Shown piece after piece: positions 26,601 through 37,405 of a stretch of DNA of 64,000 bases. The stretch spans positions 802 through 64,801 of the forward strand of contig DASXMW010000029.1 in NCBI GenBank assembly GCA_036495425.1, written 5' to 3'. The position numbers were made by a program, and so were the translations under genes. Each line of letters begins with the position of its first letter. Position 1 is the stretch's first letter. The notes below the pieces were generated by a model. It worked only from the letters and a program-made list of their open reading frames with translations. It was not told the origin of the DNA and made no database searches. The DNA is from Streptosporangiaceae bacterium. GTDB lineage: Bacteria; Actinomycetota; Actinomycetes; Streptosporangiales; Streptosporangiaceae.

Positions 26601-27638
26601 ATGCAGCCGCGGGACTTTTCGATTTACGGGGCCGTCGACCTCGGCGCCCGGCAGCAGGCCGCGCAGCGCCGGGCGCAGGCGGCCCAGGCCCCGACCGACG
26701 GTGGCGACGCCAACGGCGCCGTCATCGAGGTCACGGAAGAGACGTTCAACAGCCAGGTGGTGGAGCGGTCGCGGACCACCCCGGTCATCATCGACCTGTG
26801 GGCCGAGTGGTGCGGCCCGTGCAAGCAGCTCAGCCCGGTGCTGGAGAAGCTGGCCGGGGAAGCAGCAGGCGACTGGGTGCTGGCCAAGGTGGACGTGGAC
26901 GCCAACCCGCGCCTGGCCCAGGCCCTCCAGGTGCAGAGCATCCCCATGGTGGTCGCGGTGATCGGCGGCCAGCTGGTCGACGGTTTCCTCGGCGCCCTGC
27001 CCGAGGCACAGGTCAAGCAGTGGATCGGCCAGGTCGTGGCGGCCGCTCAGCAGCTCGGGGCCGGCCCCGGTGGCCCGGGACCGGACGACGCTGAGCAGGC
27101 GGCCGGCCAGCCCGCCGGCCCCGATGGCCCGGCCGGCCCCGGTCCCGGCGGACCTGGTCCCGGCGGACCTGGTGGTCCCGGCGGCCCGGCGGGCGGACCC
27201 GGCGGCCCGTTCGGTCCCGAGGGCGCGGACCAGGCCTACGCCGAGGCTCAGGAGGCCATGCAGCGCGGCGATATGGACGCCGCCGCCGACGCCTTCCGCC
27301 GGGTGCTGGCCACTTCGCCGGCCGACCCGGTGGCCAAGGTGGGCCTGGCCCAGGTGGAGCTGCTGCGCCGGCTGGACTCCTACGACGAGGCCAAGGTGCG
27401 CCGTGAGGCCGCCGAGCACCCTGACGACGTGCAAGCGCAGTCCCGGGTGGCCGACATCGACCTGGGCGCGGGGCACATCGAGGAGGCCTTCGACCGACTG
27501 CTCGGCGTGGTCCGGCGCACCTCGGGCGACCAGCGCGACCAGGCTCGCCAGCAGCTCATCGGGCTGTTCGAGATCTTGCCGCCTCAGGACCCACGGGTGA
27601 AGAAGGCCCGCGGCCAGCTGTCCAGCCTGCTGTTCTGA
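26601..27638 (+). CDS. Thioredoxin-domain plus TPR co-chaperone (YbbN/CnoX-like)
   Basis: Trx fold with WAEWCGPCKQL; Pro/Gly-rich linker; C-terminal TPR-like helices. Confidence 0.8.
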   Translation: MQPRDFSIYGAVDLGARQQAAQRRAQAAQAPTDGGDANGAVIEVTEETFNSQVVERSRTTPVIIDLWAEWCGPCKQLSPVLEKLAGEAAGDWVLAKVDVDANPRLAQALQVQSIPMVVAVIGGQLVDGFLGALPEAQVKQWIGQVVAAAQQLGAGPGGPGPDDAEQAAGQPAGPDGPAGPGPGGPGPGGPGGPGGPAGGPGGPFGPEGADQAYAEAQEAMQRGDMDAAADAFRRVLATSPADPVAKVGLAQVELLRRLDSYDEAKVRREAAEHPDDVQAQSRVADIDLGAGHIEEAFDRLLGVVRRTSGDQRDQARQQLIGLFEILPPQDPRVKKARGQLSSLLF

Positions 27639-27677
27639 GGCGGACGGGCCGGCCCTGGGCCGGCCCGATGACCCCTA

Positions 27678-28157
27678 TTAGCGGGGCTGGGGCGTACGCG
27701 GATCGACCTCGGCCAGCTGCTCCAGCGCGGGCAGCGCATCGGCCAGCGACTCGATCTGCTCCGGCCGCAGCGTGGCCAGGCTCTGGGCCAGCATGGCCGT
27801 GCTCTCGTGCCTGATCCGCTCCAGCACCTCGTGCCCGCGCGCGGTGATGGTCAGCGTGCTGGCCCGGGCGTCACCCGGCACCGCGCAGCGCTCGACGTAG
27901 GCGCGGTCCTCCAGCGCGGTCACGATCCGGGTCAGCGTGGACGGCGCGATGCCCTCGGCCGCGGCCACGTCTCCGAGCCGCATCGGCCCGGACGCCTCCA
28001 CCGTGGCCAGCGCGGACAGCTGGGTCGGGGTCAGCCCGGCCAGCTCGTGGTGCCGCAGCCGGCGGGACAGCCGGGCGATGGCCACCCGCAGCCGGGTGGC
28101 GTCGATCATCGGGGCCGTGGCCGGCGGCTTCTGCTCCATCGCAGTTTCCTGCACCAT
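27678..28157 (-). CDS. MarR family transcriptional regulator
   Basis: Winged helix: LTPTQLSALATVEASGPMRLGDVAAAEGIAPSTLTRIVTALEDRAYVER. Confidence 0.85.
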   Translation of the reverse strand: MVQETAMEQKPPATAPMIDATRLRVAIARLSRRLRHHELAGLTPTQLSALATVEASGPMRLGDVAAAEGIAPSTLTRIVTALEDRAYVERCAVPGDARASTLTITARGHEVLERIRHESTAMLAQSLATLRPEQIESLADALPALEQLAEVDPRTPQPR

Positions 28158-28332
28158 CTAGCCAGGGTACGCGAAATGGATGTCGCTTCGGAGTAGCAAA
28201 CTGACCGTACCCTTGGTCACAGCGCTGCGAGCAGCCCCGCAGCGCGCGGACGGCGCGGCTAGGGTCGTGTCAGGTTCCGCAGCGGGACCGGTGACCCGCA
28301 GCAGTGCCAGGGAAGGCGGCAGCAACGTGGCC

Positions 28333-29733
<1,401 letters not shown>

Positions 29734-29773
29734 TCGTGCTGCTCAGCCGTTAGACTCCCGTGATGATGGGCAC

Positions 29774-30358
29774 ATGGACGAAATGGCCACCGAGAGCCTG
29801 ACCGGCCGCCTGCTCGTGGCCACGCCGGTGCTCGCGGACCCGAATTTCCGCCGGACCGTGATCTTGGTGGTCGAGCACGAGGCGGAAGAGGGCACGCTGG
29901 GCGTGGTGCTGAACCGGCCCACCGACGTGCCCGTGGAGCGGGTGCTGGACGCCTGGTCGGACCTGGTCACCGGCCCGTCCGTGGTGTTCAAGGGCGGCCC
30001 GGTGGCGCCCAACAGCGCGCTGGCCATCGGCCTGGTTCCCGGTGACGCCGAGCCACTGGGCTGGCATTCCCTGGACGGCGCGGCCGCCATGTCCCGGCTC
30101 GGCCTGGTCGACCTGGACGCCCCGCCGGACCTGCTGGCCCCGGCCATCCACCGGCTGCGCGTGTACGCGGGCTACGCGGGCTGGGCCCCGGGCCAGCTCA
30201 AGAGCGAGATCGACGAAGGTGCCTGGTACGTGGTGGCCGCCGAGCCGGCCGACGCCTTCGCGGCCCAGCCCGGGGAACTGTGGGGCGAGGTCCTGCGCCG
30301 GCAGGGTGGCGAGATGGCGTTCACGGCCACGTTCCCCGACGACCCGAGCCTGAACTGA
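29774..30358 (+). CDS. YqgE/AlgH family protein (UPF0301)
   Basis: LLVATPVLADPNFRRTVILVVEHEAEEGTLGVVLNRP. Confidence 0.8.
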   Translation: MDEMATESLTGRLLVATPVLADPNFRRTVILVVEHEAEEGTLGVVLNRPTDVPVERVLDAWSDLVTGPSVVFKGGPVAPNSALAIGLVPGDAEPLGWHSLDGAAAMSRLGLVDLDAPPDLLAPAIHRLRVYAGYAGWAPGQLKSEIDEGAWYVVAAEPADAFAAQPGELWGEVLRRQGGEMAFTATFPDDPSLN

Positions 30359-30383
30359 GCCGTGAGCCTTTAAACTCGATGGC

Positions 30384-30650
30384 ATGAGCACCGAGGTTCT
30401 TCCCGGCGGCAGCACCGTCACCGAGACCGACGTCAGACCGGATCTCTCCCACGGCGACGGCGACCACGAGCGGTTTGCCCACTACGTCGACAAGAGCAAG
30501 ATCGTCGAGAGCGCGGTGACCGGCGACCCGGTGGTGGCGCTGTGCGGCAAGGTCTGGGTGCCGAGCCGGGATCCCAAGCGGTTCCCGGTCTGCCCGGAGT
30601 GCAAGGAGATCTACGAGGGCCTGCCCGAGGGCGGAGGCGACGGCGACTGA
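30384..30650 (+). CDS. DUF3039-like small protein
   Basis: ERFAHYVDKSKIVESAVTGDPVVALCGKVWVPSRDPKRFPVCPECK. Confidence 0.7.
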   Translation: MSTEVLPGGSTVTETDVRPDLSHGDGDHERFAHYVDKSKIVESAVTGDPVVALCGKVWVPSRDPKRFPVCPECKEIYEGLPEGGGDGD

Positions 30651-30708
30651 GCCGCGCCGCCCCTGGACCCGACCATCTCCCACCACACCGAGCCTGCCTG
30701 AAAATACT

Positions 30709-32622
30709 GTGAGTGAACCTGGGATTACGCTGCCCTGGGGCAGCGAGAGCCATGATGCCTTCGCGGAGTCCTTCTCCCGGTCCGAGCTGTTCGGCACGCT
30801 GCGGGCCTGGCAGCGCGAGGCGACCCTCGAATACTTCCGCGAGCCGCGGCGGGACTTCCTGCTCAACGCGACGCCCGGCGCGGGCAAGACCGCCTACGCG
30901 CTGACCCTGGCCGCCGAGCTGCTGGCCCGGCGCGAGATCGCGGCCATCACCGTGGTCACGCCGACCGAGCACCTGAAGCACCAGTGGGCCGCCTCAGCGG
31001 CGCGGTTCGGGATCGCGCTCGACCCGGCCTACAGCAACGCCCAGGGCCGGGCCTCGGCCGACTTCGCCGGGGTGGCCGTCACCTACGCTCAGGTCGCGGC
31101 CCACCCGATGCTGCACCGGCAGCGCACCGAGGGCCGCCGGACCCTGGTCATCTTCGACGAGATCCACCACGCGGGCGACGCGCTGTCCTGGGGCGACGCC
31201 GTGCGCGAGGCGTTCGATCCGGCCCGGCGGCGCATCGCCCTGACCGGCACGCCGTTCCGGAGCGACACCAACCCGATCCCGTTCGTCGGCTACCAAGAGC
31301 ATCCGGACGGGTCGCGCCGCAGTTCCTCGGACTACGTGTACGGCTACGCCAACGCGCTCGAGGACGGGGTTGTCCGGCCGGTCATCTTCCTGGCCTACTC
31401 GGGCGAGATGAGCTGGCGGACCCGGGCCGGCGACGAGATCACCGCCACCCTGGGCACCCCCCTGACCAAGGAGCAGGTGGCCCAGGCCTGGCGGACCGCG
31501 CTGGACCCGGCGGGCGAGTGGGTGACCCGGGTGCTGGAGGCGGCCGACAAGCGGCTGACCGAGGTCCGCCGGGGCATGCCGGACGCGGGCGGGCTGGTCA
31601 TCGCGGGCGACCACGAGGACGCCCGGGCCTACGCGGCCCTGCTGCGGCGGATCACCGGCCAGCGCCCGGTGGTGGTGCTGTCCGACGACCCCACCGCCAG
31701 CCGCAAGATCGGGGAGTTCTCGGCTTCCGAGGACCGCTGGATGGTCGCGGTCCGGATGGTCTCCGAGGGCGTCGACATTCCCCGGCTGGCCGTGGGCGTC
31801 TACGCCACCAGCGTCAGCACCGCGCTGTTCTTCGCCCAGGCCGTCGGCCGGTTCGTGCGGGCCCGCCGCCGGGGCGAGACCGCCTCGGTGTTCCTGCCCT
31901 CGGTGCCGATCCTGCTGGCCTACGCGGCCGAGCTGGAGGCCGAGCGCGACCACGTGCTGTACCCGCCGTCGGAGGCCCCCGAGGAAGACGAGCTGGCCGC
32001 GGCCCAGCGCGAGCGGGACACCCCCGACGACCTGCTGGCCCCGTCCATCGAGGTGCTGAAGGCGTCGGCCCACTTCGACCGGGTCCTCTACGACGGCGGC
32101 GAGTTCGGCACGGCCACCACGCCGGGATCAGCCGAGGAGGAGGACTTCCTCGGCCTGCCCGGCCTGCTGGAGCCGGAACAGGTGGCCGACCTGCTGCGCC
32201 AGCGCCAGGCCGACCAGCTCCGGGCCCGCTCCCGGGGCCAGGGCGGCCTGGACCCGGATGGTCCCGGTCCCGGGGCGCCCGAGACGATCAGCCCCGCGGG
32301 CGGGGCAGCGGCGGGCCGGACCAGCGTGGCCGGGTTCGGCCCCGGCGCGGGCGGCCGGGCCACCATGCCCGCCGGGGCCGTTCCTGGCCCCGGTGCCCCC
32401 GGTGACGCGGGGGCCCCGGTCAGCCGGGAGGCTCTGGCCGCCCTCCGCAAGGAACTGAACGGCCTGGTCGGGGCCTGGAACCACCGCACCGGCCAGCCGC
32501 ACGGGGTCATCCACAACGACCTGCGCAAGGCCTGCGGTGGCCCGCCGCTGCCCCAGGCCACCGCGGACCAGATCAAGGCCCGTATCGACATGATCCGGCA
32601 CTGGGCCGTCAGCCGCCGCTGA
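30709..32622 (+). CDS. SF2 DEAD/DEAH-box helicase (ResIII-like N-terminus)
   Basis: Walker A ATPGAGKT, DEIHH box, helicase C domain (MVSEGVDIPRL); Pro/Gly-rich linker and conserved-looking C-terminal tail. Confidence 0.8.
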   Translation: MSEPGITLPWGSESHDAFAESFSRSELFGTLRAWQREATLEYFREPRRDFLLNATPGAGKTAYALTLAAELLARREIAAITVVTPTEHLKHQWAASAARFGIALDPAYSNAQGRASADFAGVAVTYAQVAAHPMLHRQRTEGRRTLVIFDEIHHAGDALSWGDAVREAFDPARRRIALTGTPFRSDTNPIPFVGYQEHPDGSRRSSSDYVYGYANALEDGVVRPVIFLAYSGEMSWRTRAGDEITATLGTPLTKEQVAQAWRTALDPAGEWVTRVLEAADKRLTEVRRGMPDAGGLVIAGDHEDARAYAALLRRITGQRPVVVLSDDPTASRKIGEFSASEDRWMVAVRMVSEGVDIPRLAVGVYATSVSTALFFAQAVGRFVRARRRGETASVFLPSVPILLAYAAELEAERDHVLYPPSEAPEEDELAAAQRERDTPDDLLAPSIEVLKASAHFDRVLYDGGEFGTATTPGSAEEEDFLGLPGLLEPEQVADLLRQRQADQLRARSRGQGGLDPDGPGPGAPETISPAGGAAAGRTSVAGFGPGAGGRATMPAGAVPGPGAPGDAGAPVSREALAALRKELNGLVGAWNHRTGQPHGVIHNDLRKACGGPPLPQATADQIKARIDMIRHWAVSRR

Positions 32623-33989
32623 ACCGGGTGGCGGCGCGGTAGGCCCGCCCGGCGCTGCGGCGCCCTCAGGCGACGCCCAGAGCCCGGCGCTTGGCCCTGG
32701 CCCTGGCCTGGGCGGGCTAAGTCGCGGGACGCGCCGAACGACGGCGGTCCCGGCGGCGGCCGCCGGTCGCGAGGGTCGCGGCCCCCGCCCCGGTCGCCGG
32801 GCCAGTCCGGGTTGGGATAAAAGGCAGGCTTCGGCCGCCCCGGCCCCTCGTCCCGCCCCCGGCCCACTCGGCCCCCATCGTCTCGGCCCCGATCGTCTCG
32901 GCCCCGATCAGCCTGGGCCCGGTCCAGCCGTTCCCGTTCGGCTCGTTCGCGGTCGGCCCGTTCGCGATTGGCCCGGTCCCAGTCCACCCGGCCGCCCCGG
33001 CCCGGCCAGTCACTCTCGTCGCCCCGGCCGCCACTCCGGTCACCCCGGTCCATGCGGCCACCCTGGCCACTCCGGCCACCTCGGCCGCTCTGGCCACGCT
33101 GGTCGCGCTGGCTGCGTTGGCCGCCGAAGCCCACTTCGTCACTCTGCTCAATCAAGCCACTTGAGTCGCTCGGCACGCTCCGGCCACTGTCGACACGGTC
33201 GAGCCGCTCCTCCGGCCCGCGCCGTCCCCCGGACCCGGATCCGGACCCGGACCGCCGCCGCCCCGCGGGCGAGGCCGCGGTCCGGCGGTCCAGGAACCAG
33301 CGGCCCAGGGCGATCACCGCGGCCAGCACGGTGGCCGCGGCCATGGTCAGGAAGCCGTTGGCCACCCACTGGGCCGCGCCCACGGCCAGCCCGGCGCTGG
33401 CCGGGTCGCTCTGGTTCCGGATCGCCCCCGCGGCCAGCCCGAAGACCACGTAGGCCAGCGCCGGGACCGGGATCAGCAGGTAGGCCGAACGCGGGCGGAC
33501 CGCGAGCGCCGCGATCAGCGTGCCGGCCACGATGAGCCAGCCCAAAGGCGAGCCTGGATCGCGCTTGGCCGCCACGGTGATGATGGCCCCCAGCACCGCC
33601 GCGGCCAGCACGATCAGCGTGCCGCGCGGGCCGGACATCGCACCCCAGCGCCAGGACGGAGCAGGCGCCAGGTCCGCCCGCCGCCGGTCGGCGCGGTCAG
33701 TGCGGTCCGCGCGACGGCCAGGGCCCCGGTCATCGGGCCCGGCCCAGCCCGGCTCGTCAGCTGGGTCCTCAGCCTGGCGCGGGCCGGTGGTCATCTCCAC
33801 CGAGCGGAACGGATCGGAGTCGTCGCGGTACCAGCCCGGCCCTTCCCAGGCCGCGGGCCGCTCGCTGCCGCGGAGCCGCCCGCCGCCGACGGCTGGTTCG
33901 GGGGTCTCCCGGGCCGAGCCGATCTCAGGCCCGGGCACGCCACCATAAGGCGGGCGCGGATCCGCATCGTGCCATCGGGGCTCGCTCAT
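32088..33989 (-). CDS. Membrane protein (four TM segments, DUF6542-like) with long Arg/Asp/Gly-rich disordered tail; 3' end uncertain
   Basis: TM core LIVLAAAVLGAIITV...LIVAGTLIAALAV...LLIPVPALAYVVFGLAAGA...FLTMAAATVLAAVIALG; the frame has no stop until 32088, i.e. 535 nt inside the convergent helicase gene. Confidence 0.5.
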   Translation of the reverse strand: MSEPRWHDADPRPPYGGVPGPEIGSARETPEPAVGGGRLRGSERPAAWEGPGWYRDDSDPFRSVEMTTGPRQAEDPADEPGWAGPDDRGPGRRADRTDRADRRRADLAPAPSWRWGAMSGPRGTLIVLAAAVLGAIITVAAKRDPGSPLGWLIVAGTLIAALAVRPRSAYLLIPVPALAYVVFGLAAGAIRNQSDPASAGLAVGAAQWVANGFLTMAAATVLAAVIALGRWFLDRRTAASPAGRRRSGSGSGSGGRRGPEERLDRVDSGRSVPSDSSGLIEQSDEVGFGGQRSQRDQRGQSGRGGRSGQGGRMDRGDRSGGRGDESDWPGRGGRVDWDRANRERADRERAERERLDRAQADRGRDDRGRDDGGRVGRGRDEGPGRPKPAFYPNPDWPGDRGGGRDPRDRRPPPGPPSFGASRDLARPGQGQGQAPGSGRRLRAPQRRAGLPRRHPVQRRLTAQCRIMSIRALIWSAVAWGSGGPPQALRRSLWMTPCGWPVRWFQAPTRPFSSLRRAARASRLTGAPASPGAPGPGTAPAGMVARPPAPGPNPATLVRPAAAPPAGLIVSGAPGPGPSGSRPPWPRERARSWSAWRWRSRSATCSGSSRPGRPRKSSSSADPGVVAVPNSPPS

Positions 33990-34024
33990 CTGGTCACCGA
34001 TGTTAGCCGTTATGGATCAGCAAC

Positions 34025-35605
34025 ATGTCCGCGCCGGTAGTCTTCGCCGCATGGATCGTCGGCCGGTCCGCCGGGGTGCTGGTGGCTAGAGTGCATCCGC
34101 GGGCGCCGCACCGCAGTGCCGCGCACATGACATTGTACGCCTTGACCTGTGTCTTCTCCGCTCTGGTCCTGGTCGCCAGCGGCTTCTCCTACTTCGTGGT
34201 GCGCGACGTCAGCAGCATCGGCGCCTCCCACGCGATCAGCGGCGGCCCGTCCATCGGGGCCCAGAACATCCTGCTGATGGGCCTGGAGAGCCGCCGCGAC
34301 TGGAACGGCAACGTGCTGCCGGCCAGCATCCTCAAGGCCCTGCACGCGGGCAGCGTCCAGGGCGTGGAGAACGGCATCGGCGGCAACGACACCAACACGC
34401 TGATCCTCATCCACATCCCGGCCGGCGGGAAGAAGGCCATCGGCTTCTCCATCCCGCGCGACGACTGGGTGACGTTCAGCGGCACCGTGGGCCCGCAGCA
34501 GCACGGCAAGATCGACCAGGCCTACGGCGTCAGCATGTTCTACAAGCAGCAGCAGCTGCGGCAGCAGCAGCCGAACATCAGCCAGAATCAGCTCGCGTTC
34601 GGCGGCAACGAGGCCGGGCGGAAGGCGGCGGTGGACACCGTCGAGCAGCTCACCGGCGTCCACATCGACCACTTCGCCGAGGTCAACCTGGACGGGTTCT
34701 ACGAACTGGCCCGGGTCCTGGGTGGGGTCGAAGTCTGCCTCAACCACCCGGTCGCCGACGGCTACTCCGGCGCCCACTTCCGCGCCGGATACCAGCACGT
34801 GAACGCCGCCCAGGCGCTGGCCTTCGTCCGTCAGCGGCACGGCCTGACCAACGGCGACCTGGACCGGACCCACCGTCAGCAGGCCTTCCTGGATTCGGTC
34901 ATGGCCCAGTTGCGCAGCCAGGGTGTGCTCGGCGACCTGACCAAGCTGCAGGCCCTGCTGTCGGTGGCCAAGAAGTACGCGATCACCGACTCGGGCTGGA
35001 ACCTGCTCCAGTTCTCGTCCCAGATGTCCAGCCTGACCGGCGGCAACCTGGTGTTCCACACGCTGCCGATCGAGGGCTACGCCACCATCGACGGGCAGTC
35101 GGCCAACCAGATCGACCCGGCCGCGATCAGGACCATCGTCCGGTCGGCGTTCTATCCGAAGCCCGCGGCGGCCAAGACGAAGCCGGCCAGGGCCCCGGCT
35201 CCGGGCACCGCGCCCGCCCGGACCGTGGTCGACGTGCTCAACGGCGGCCAGACGGGCGGCCTGGCCGGCCAGGTCTCGTCGGCGGTCGTCCAGGCCGGGT
35301 ACCAGGCCGGCCTGATCGAGAACACCACCCCGCAGGCCACGACCCAGGTCCGCTACGGCCCGGGCGAGGCCGCCAACGCCAGCCAGCTGGCGGGCGCCTT
35401 CGGGGTCAGCGCCACCGCCAGCACCGCGATCGAGGCCGGGCACGTCGAGATCAGGCTCGGCGCCGACGCCACCACCGTGCCCAGCATCCCGGCCGGCGGC
35501 TCCAGCGCCAAGGCGCCCGCGTCCCCGTCGCCGGCGGCCATCCCCACGTCCGGCCCCCAGGGCGGCGCCGTCGGCGCCGAAAAGGGCATCCCCTGCGTCA
35601 ACTGA
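34025..35605 (+). CDS. LytR-CpsA-Psr (LCP) family cell-wall glycopolymer transferase with LytR_C domain
   Basis: NILLMGLESR...DTNTLILIHIP...IPRDDWV...LAFVRQRH; C-terminal VVDVLNGGQTGGLAGQ. Confidence 0.8.
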   Translation: MSAPVVFAAWIVGRSAGVLVARVHPRAPHRSAAHMTLYALTCVFSALVLVASGFSYFVVRDVSSIGASHAISGGPSIGAQNILLMGLESRRDWNGNVLPASILKALHAGSVQGVENGIGGNDTNTLILIHIPAGGKKAIGFSIPRDDWVTFSGTVGPQQHGKIDQAYGVSMFYKQQQLRQQQPNISQNQLAFGGNEAGRKAAVDTVEQLTGVHIDHFAEVNLDGFYELARVLGGVEVCLNHPVADGYSGAHFRAGYQHVNAAQALAFVRQRHGLTNGDLDRTHRQQAFLDSVMAQLRSQGVLGDLTKLQALLSVAKKYAITDSGWNLLQFSSQMSSLTGGNLVFHTLPIEGYATIDGQSANQIDPAAIRTIVRSAFYPKPAAAKTKPARAPAPGTAPARTVVDVLNGGQTGGLAGQVSSAVVQAGYQAGLIENTTPQATTQVRYGPGEAANASQLAGAFGVSATASTAIEAGHVEIRLGADATTVPSIPAGGSSAKAPASPSPAAIPTSGPQGGAVGAEKGIPCVN

Positions 35606-36173
35606 TGAGGACAGGTGTGCCGTCGAGGTCCGCGCCGGCGTCGCGCATCTCGGTGAGCGCGCGGGCGGTGGTGTCCGGGGCCACCCCGGCGGTCAGGCCG
35701 AGCAGTACCCGGGTGCCGAACCCGGCCCGCACCGCGTCCCCGGCCGTGGCCCGGACGCAGTGGTCGGTGGCGAGGCCCGCGATCTCGACCTCGGTGACCC
35801 CCCGCTCGCGCAGCCAGTCGGCCAGCGGCGTGCCCGCCTCGTCGGCGCCTTCGAACCCGCTGTAAGCCGCCCGGTGCTCGCCCTTGCGGAACACGGCTTC
35901 CATCCGGTGCACGTCGAGATCGGGATGGAACTCCGCGCCCGGGGTCCCCGCCACGCAGTGCGGCGGCCAGGTGTCGACGAAGTCCGGATGGCCCGAAAAG
36001 TGACTACCCGGATCGATGTGATGATCCTGAGTAGCCGCGATGTGCCCGTACCGTTCGCCGCTGGTGGTGATCCACCCACTGATCGACCGGGCCACGAACG
36101 AGCCACCCGGCACCGCGAGCGAGCCCCCTTCGGAAAAATCGTTCTGGACGTCCACGACGATGAGTGCGCGCAC
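35598..36173 (-). CDS. pncA: Nicotinamidase/pyrazinamidase (isochorismatase family)
   Basis: MRALIVVDVQNDFSEGGSLAVPGG..., ATDHCV catalytic Cys motif. Confidence 0.8.
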   Translation of the reverse strand: MRALIVVDVQNDFSEGGSLAVPGGSFVARSISGWITTSGERYGHIAATQDHHIDPGSHFSGHPDFVDTWPPHCVAGTPGAEFHPDLDVHRMEAVFRKGEHRAAYSGFEGADEAGTPLADWLRERGVTEVEIAGLATDHCVRATAGDAVRAGFGTRVLLGLTAGVAPDTTARALTEMRDAGADLDGTPVLIS

Positions 36174-36241
36174 CCGATCACGGTATCGTGCCGAAAGCGC
36201 GCCCGGCGAGGACGCCGGCCGCGGCGGTGGGGGAGAGAAAC

Positions 36242-36859
36242 ATGGCCGACTACTGGGACCACAATGTCTATTACCAGCCGCTGATCCTTAGTGCGGTTCC
36301 CCCGGGCTGCGGCAGCGCACTCGACGTCGGCTGCGGGGACGGCCTGCTGGCCTGCCGGCTGGCCGGGCGCTGCCGGGACGTGACCGGTGTCGACCGCGAC
36401 CACGCCATGATCGCGGCGGCCCGGGAGCGGGCCAAGGACCTGCGCAACGTGGCCTTCATCGACGCCGAGTTCCCGGCCTTCCCGTTCGAGGACGGCAGCT
36501 TCGACTTCATCGCGTCCAACACCGCGATCCACCACATGAACTTCGAAGCCGCCCTGATGGCCATGACCCGGCTGCTGCGCCCGGGCGGTCGTCTGGCCAT
36601 CATCGGCCTGGCCCGCAGCGCCAGCGCCCGCGACTACGTCCCCGACCTGATGGGCGCTCCGCTGAACCTGGGCCTGGAACTGACCCACGCCGCGCTGCGA
36701 GCGGCCCACCGCGAGGACCGCGTTCCCCGGCACCCGGTCAAGGACCCCACCATGACCTGGGACGAGGTGAGGATCGGGGCCCTGCGCCTGCTCCCCGGCG
36801 TCATATACCGTCGCCACCTGCTGTGGCGCTACTCCCTCATGTGGCGCAAGCCCGCCTGA
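36242..36859 (+). CDS. Class I SAM-dependent methyltransferase
   Basis: ALDVGCGDGLLA motif I; LRPGGRLAIIG; start ATG 36242. Confidence 0.8.
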   Translation: MADYWDHNVYYQPLILSAVPPGCGSALDVGCGDGLLACRLAGRCRDVTGVDRDHAMIAAARERAKDLRNVAFIDAEFPAFPFEDGSFDFIASNTAIHHMNFEAALMAMTRLLRPGGRLAIIGLARSASARDYVPDLMGAPLNLGLELTHAALRAAHREDRVPRHPVKDPTMTWDEVRIGALRLLPGVIYRRHLLWRYSLMWRKPA

Positions 36860-36878
36860 CCGCTCAGTCCTCGGCCCA

Positions 36879-37355
36879 TCAGGCCCCGACGTCGGCGGGG
36901 GTGCCGTGGGTGATGCGCAGCAGTTCGGCGTAGCTGGTGGGGAACACCGTGTGCGGGTGCCCGGCCGCGGCCCAGATCTGGTCGTACTTTTCCAGCCAGG
37001 TGTCGACCAGGGTGCGGATGGGCTGCGGGTGCCCGACCGGGGCCACCCCGCCGATGGCCTGCCCGGTCCACTCCCGGACCGACCTGGCGTCGGCCCGGCC
37101 CACCGATCCCGCGCCGATCAGGGCGGCCACCCGGGCGGTGTCGACCCGGTGCGCCCCGCTGGTCATGACCAGCAACGGCGCCCCGTCCGCGTTGAACACC
37201 AGGCTGTTGGCGATCGCCCCCACCTCGCACCCGATCCCGGCCGCGGCCAGGGCGGCGGTCTTGGCGGAGTCGGGGAGGGCCTCGATCTGGCCGCTGACGC
37301 CCAGGTCGCGCAGGAGCTGGGCGAACTTGTCGACGTTGACTGCCACGCTGAGCAC
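36879..37355 (-). CDS. YbaK/EbsC-type aminoacyl-tRNA deacylase domain protein
   Basis: KTAALAAAGIGCEVGAIANSLVF...GGVAPVGHP. Confidence 0.7.
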   Translation of the reverse strand: MLSVAVNVDKFAQLLRDLGVSGQIEALPDSAKTAALAAAGIGCEVGAIANSLVFNADGAPLLVMTSGAHRVDTARVAALIGAGSVGRADARSVREWTGQAIGGVAPVGHPQPIRTLVDTWLEKYDQIWAAAGHPHTVFPTSYAELLRITHGTPADVGA

Positions 37356-37405
37356 GCTAGCGCCCAGGGTCGCCAGGAAGCATCTGGTTAAGCCGGTTGC
37401 GGGGG

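Noticed and set aside
26451-27476. 341-aa minus-strand ORF opposite the thioredoxin/TPR gene
   Set aside because: It is a shadow ORF with no motifs. The plus-strand frame has the WCGPC thioredoxin active site.
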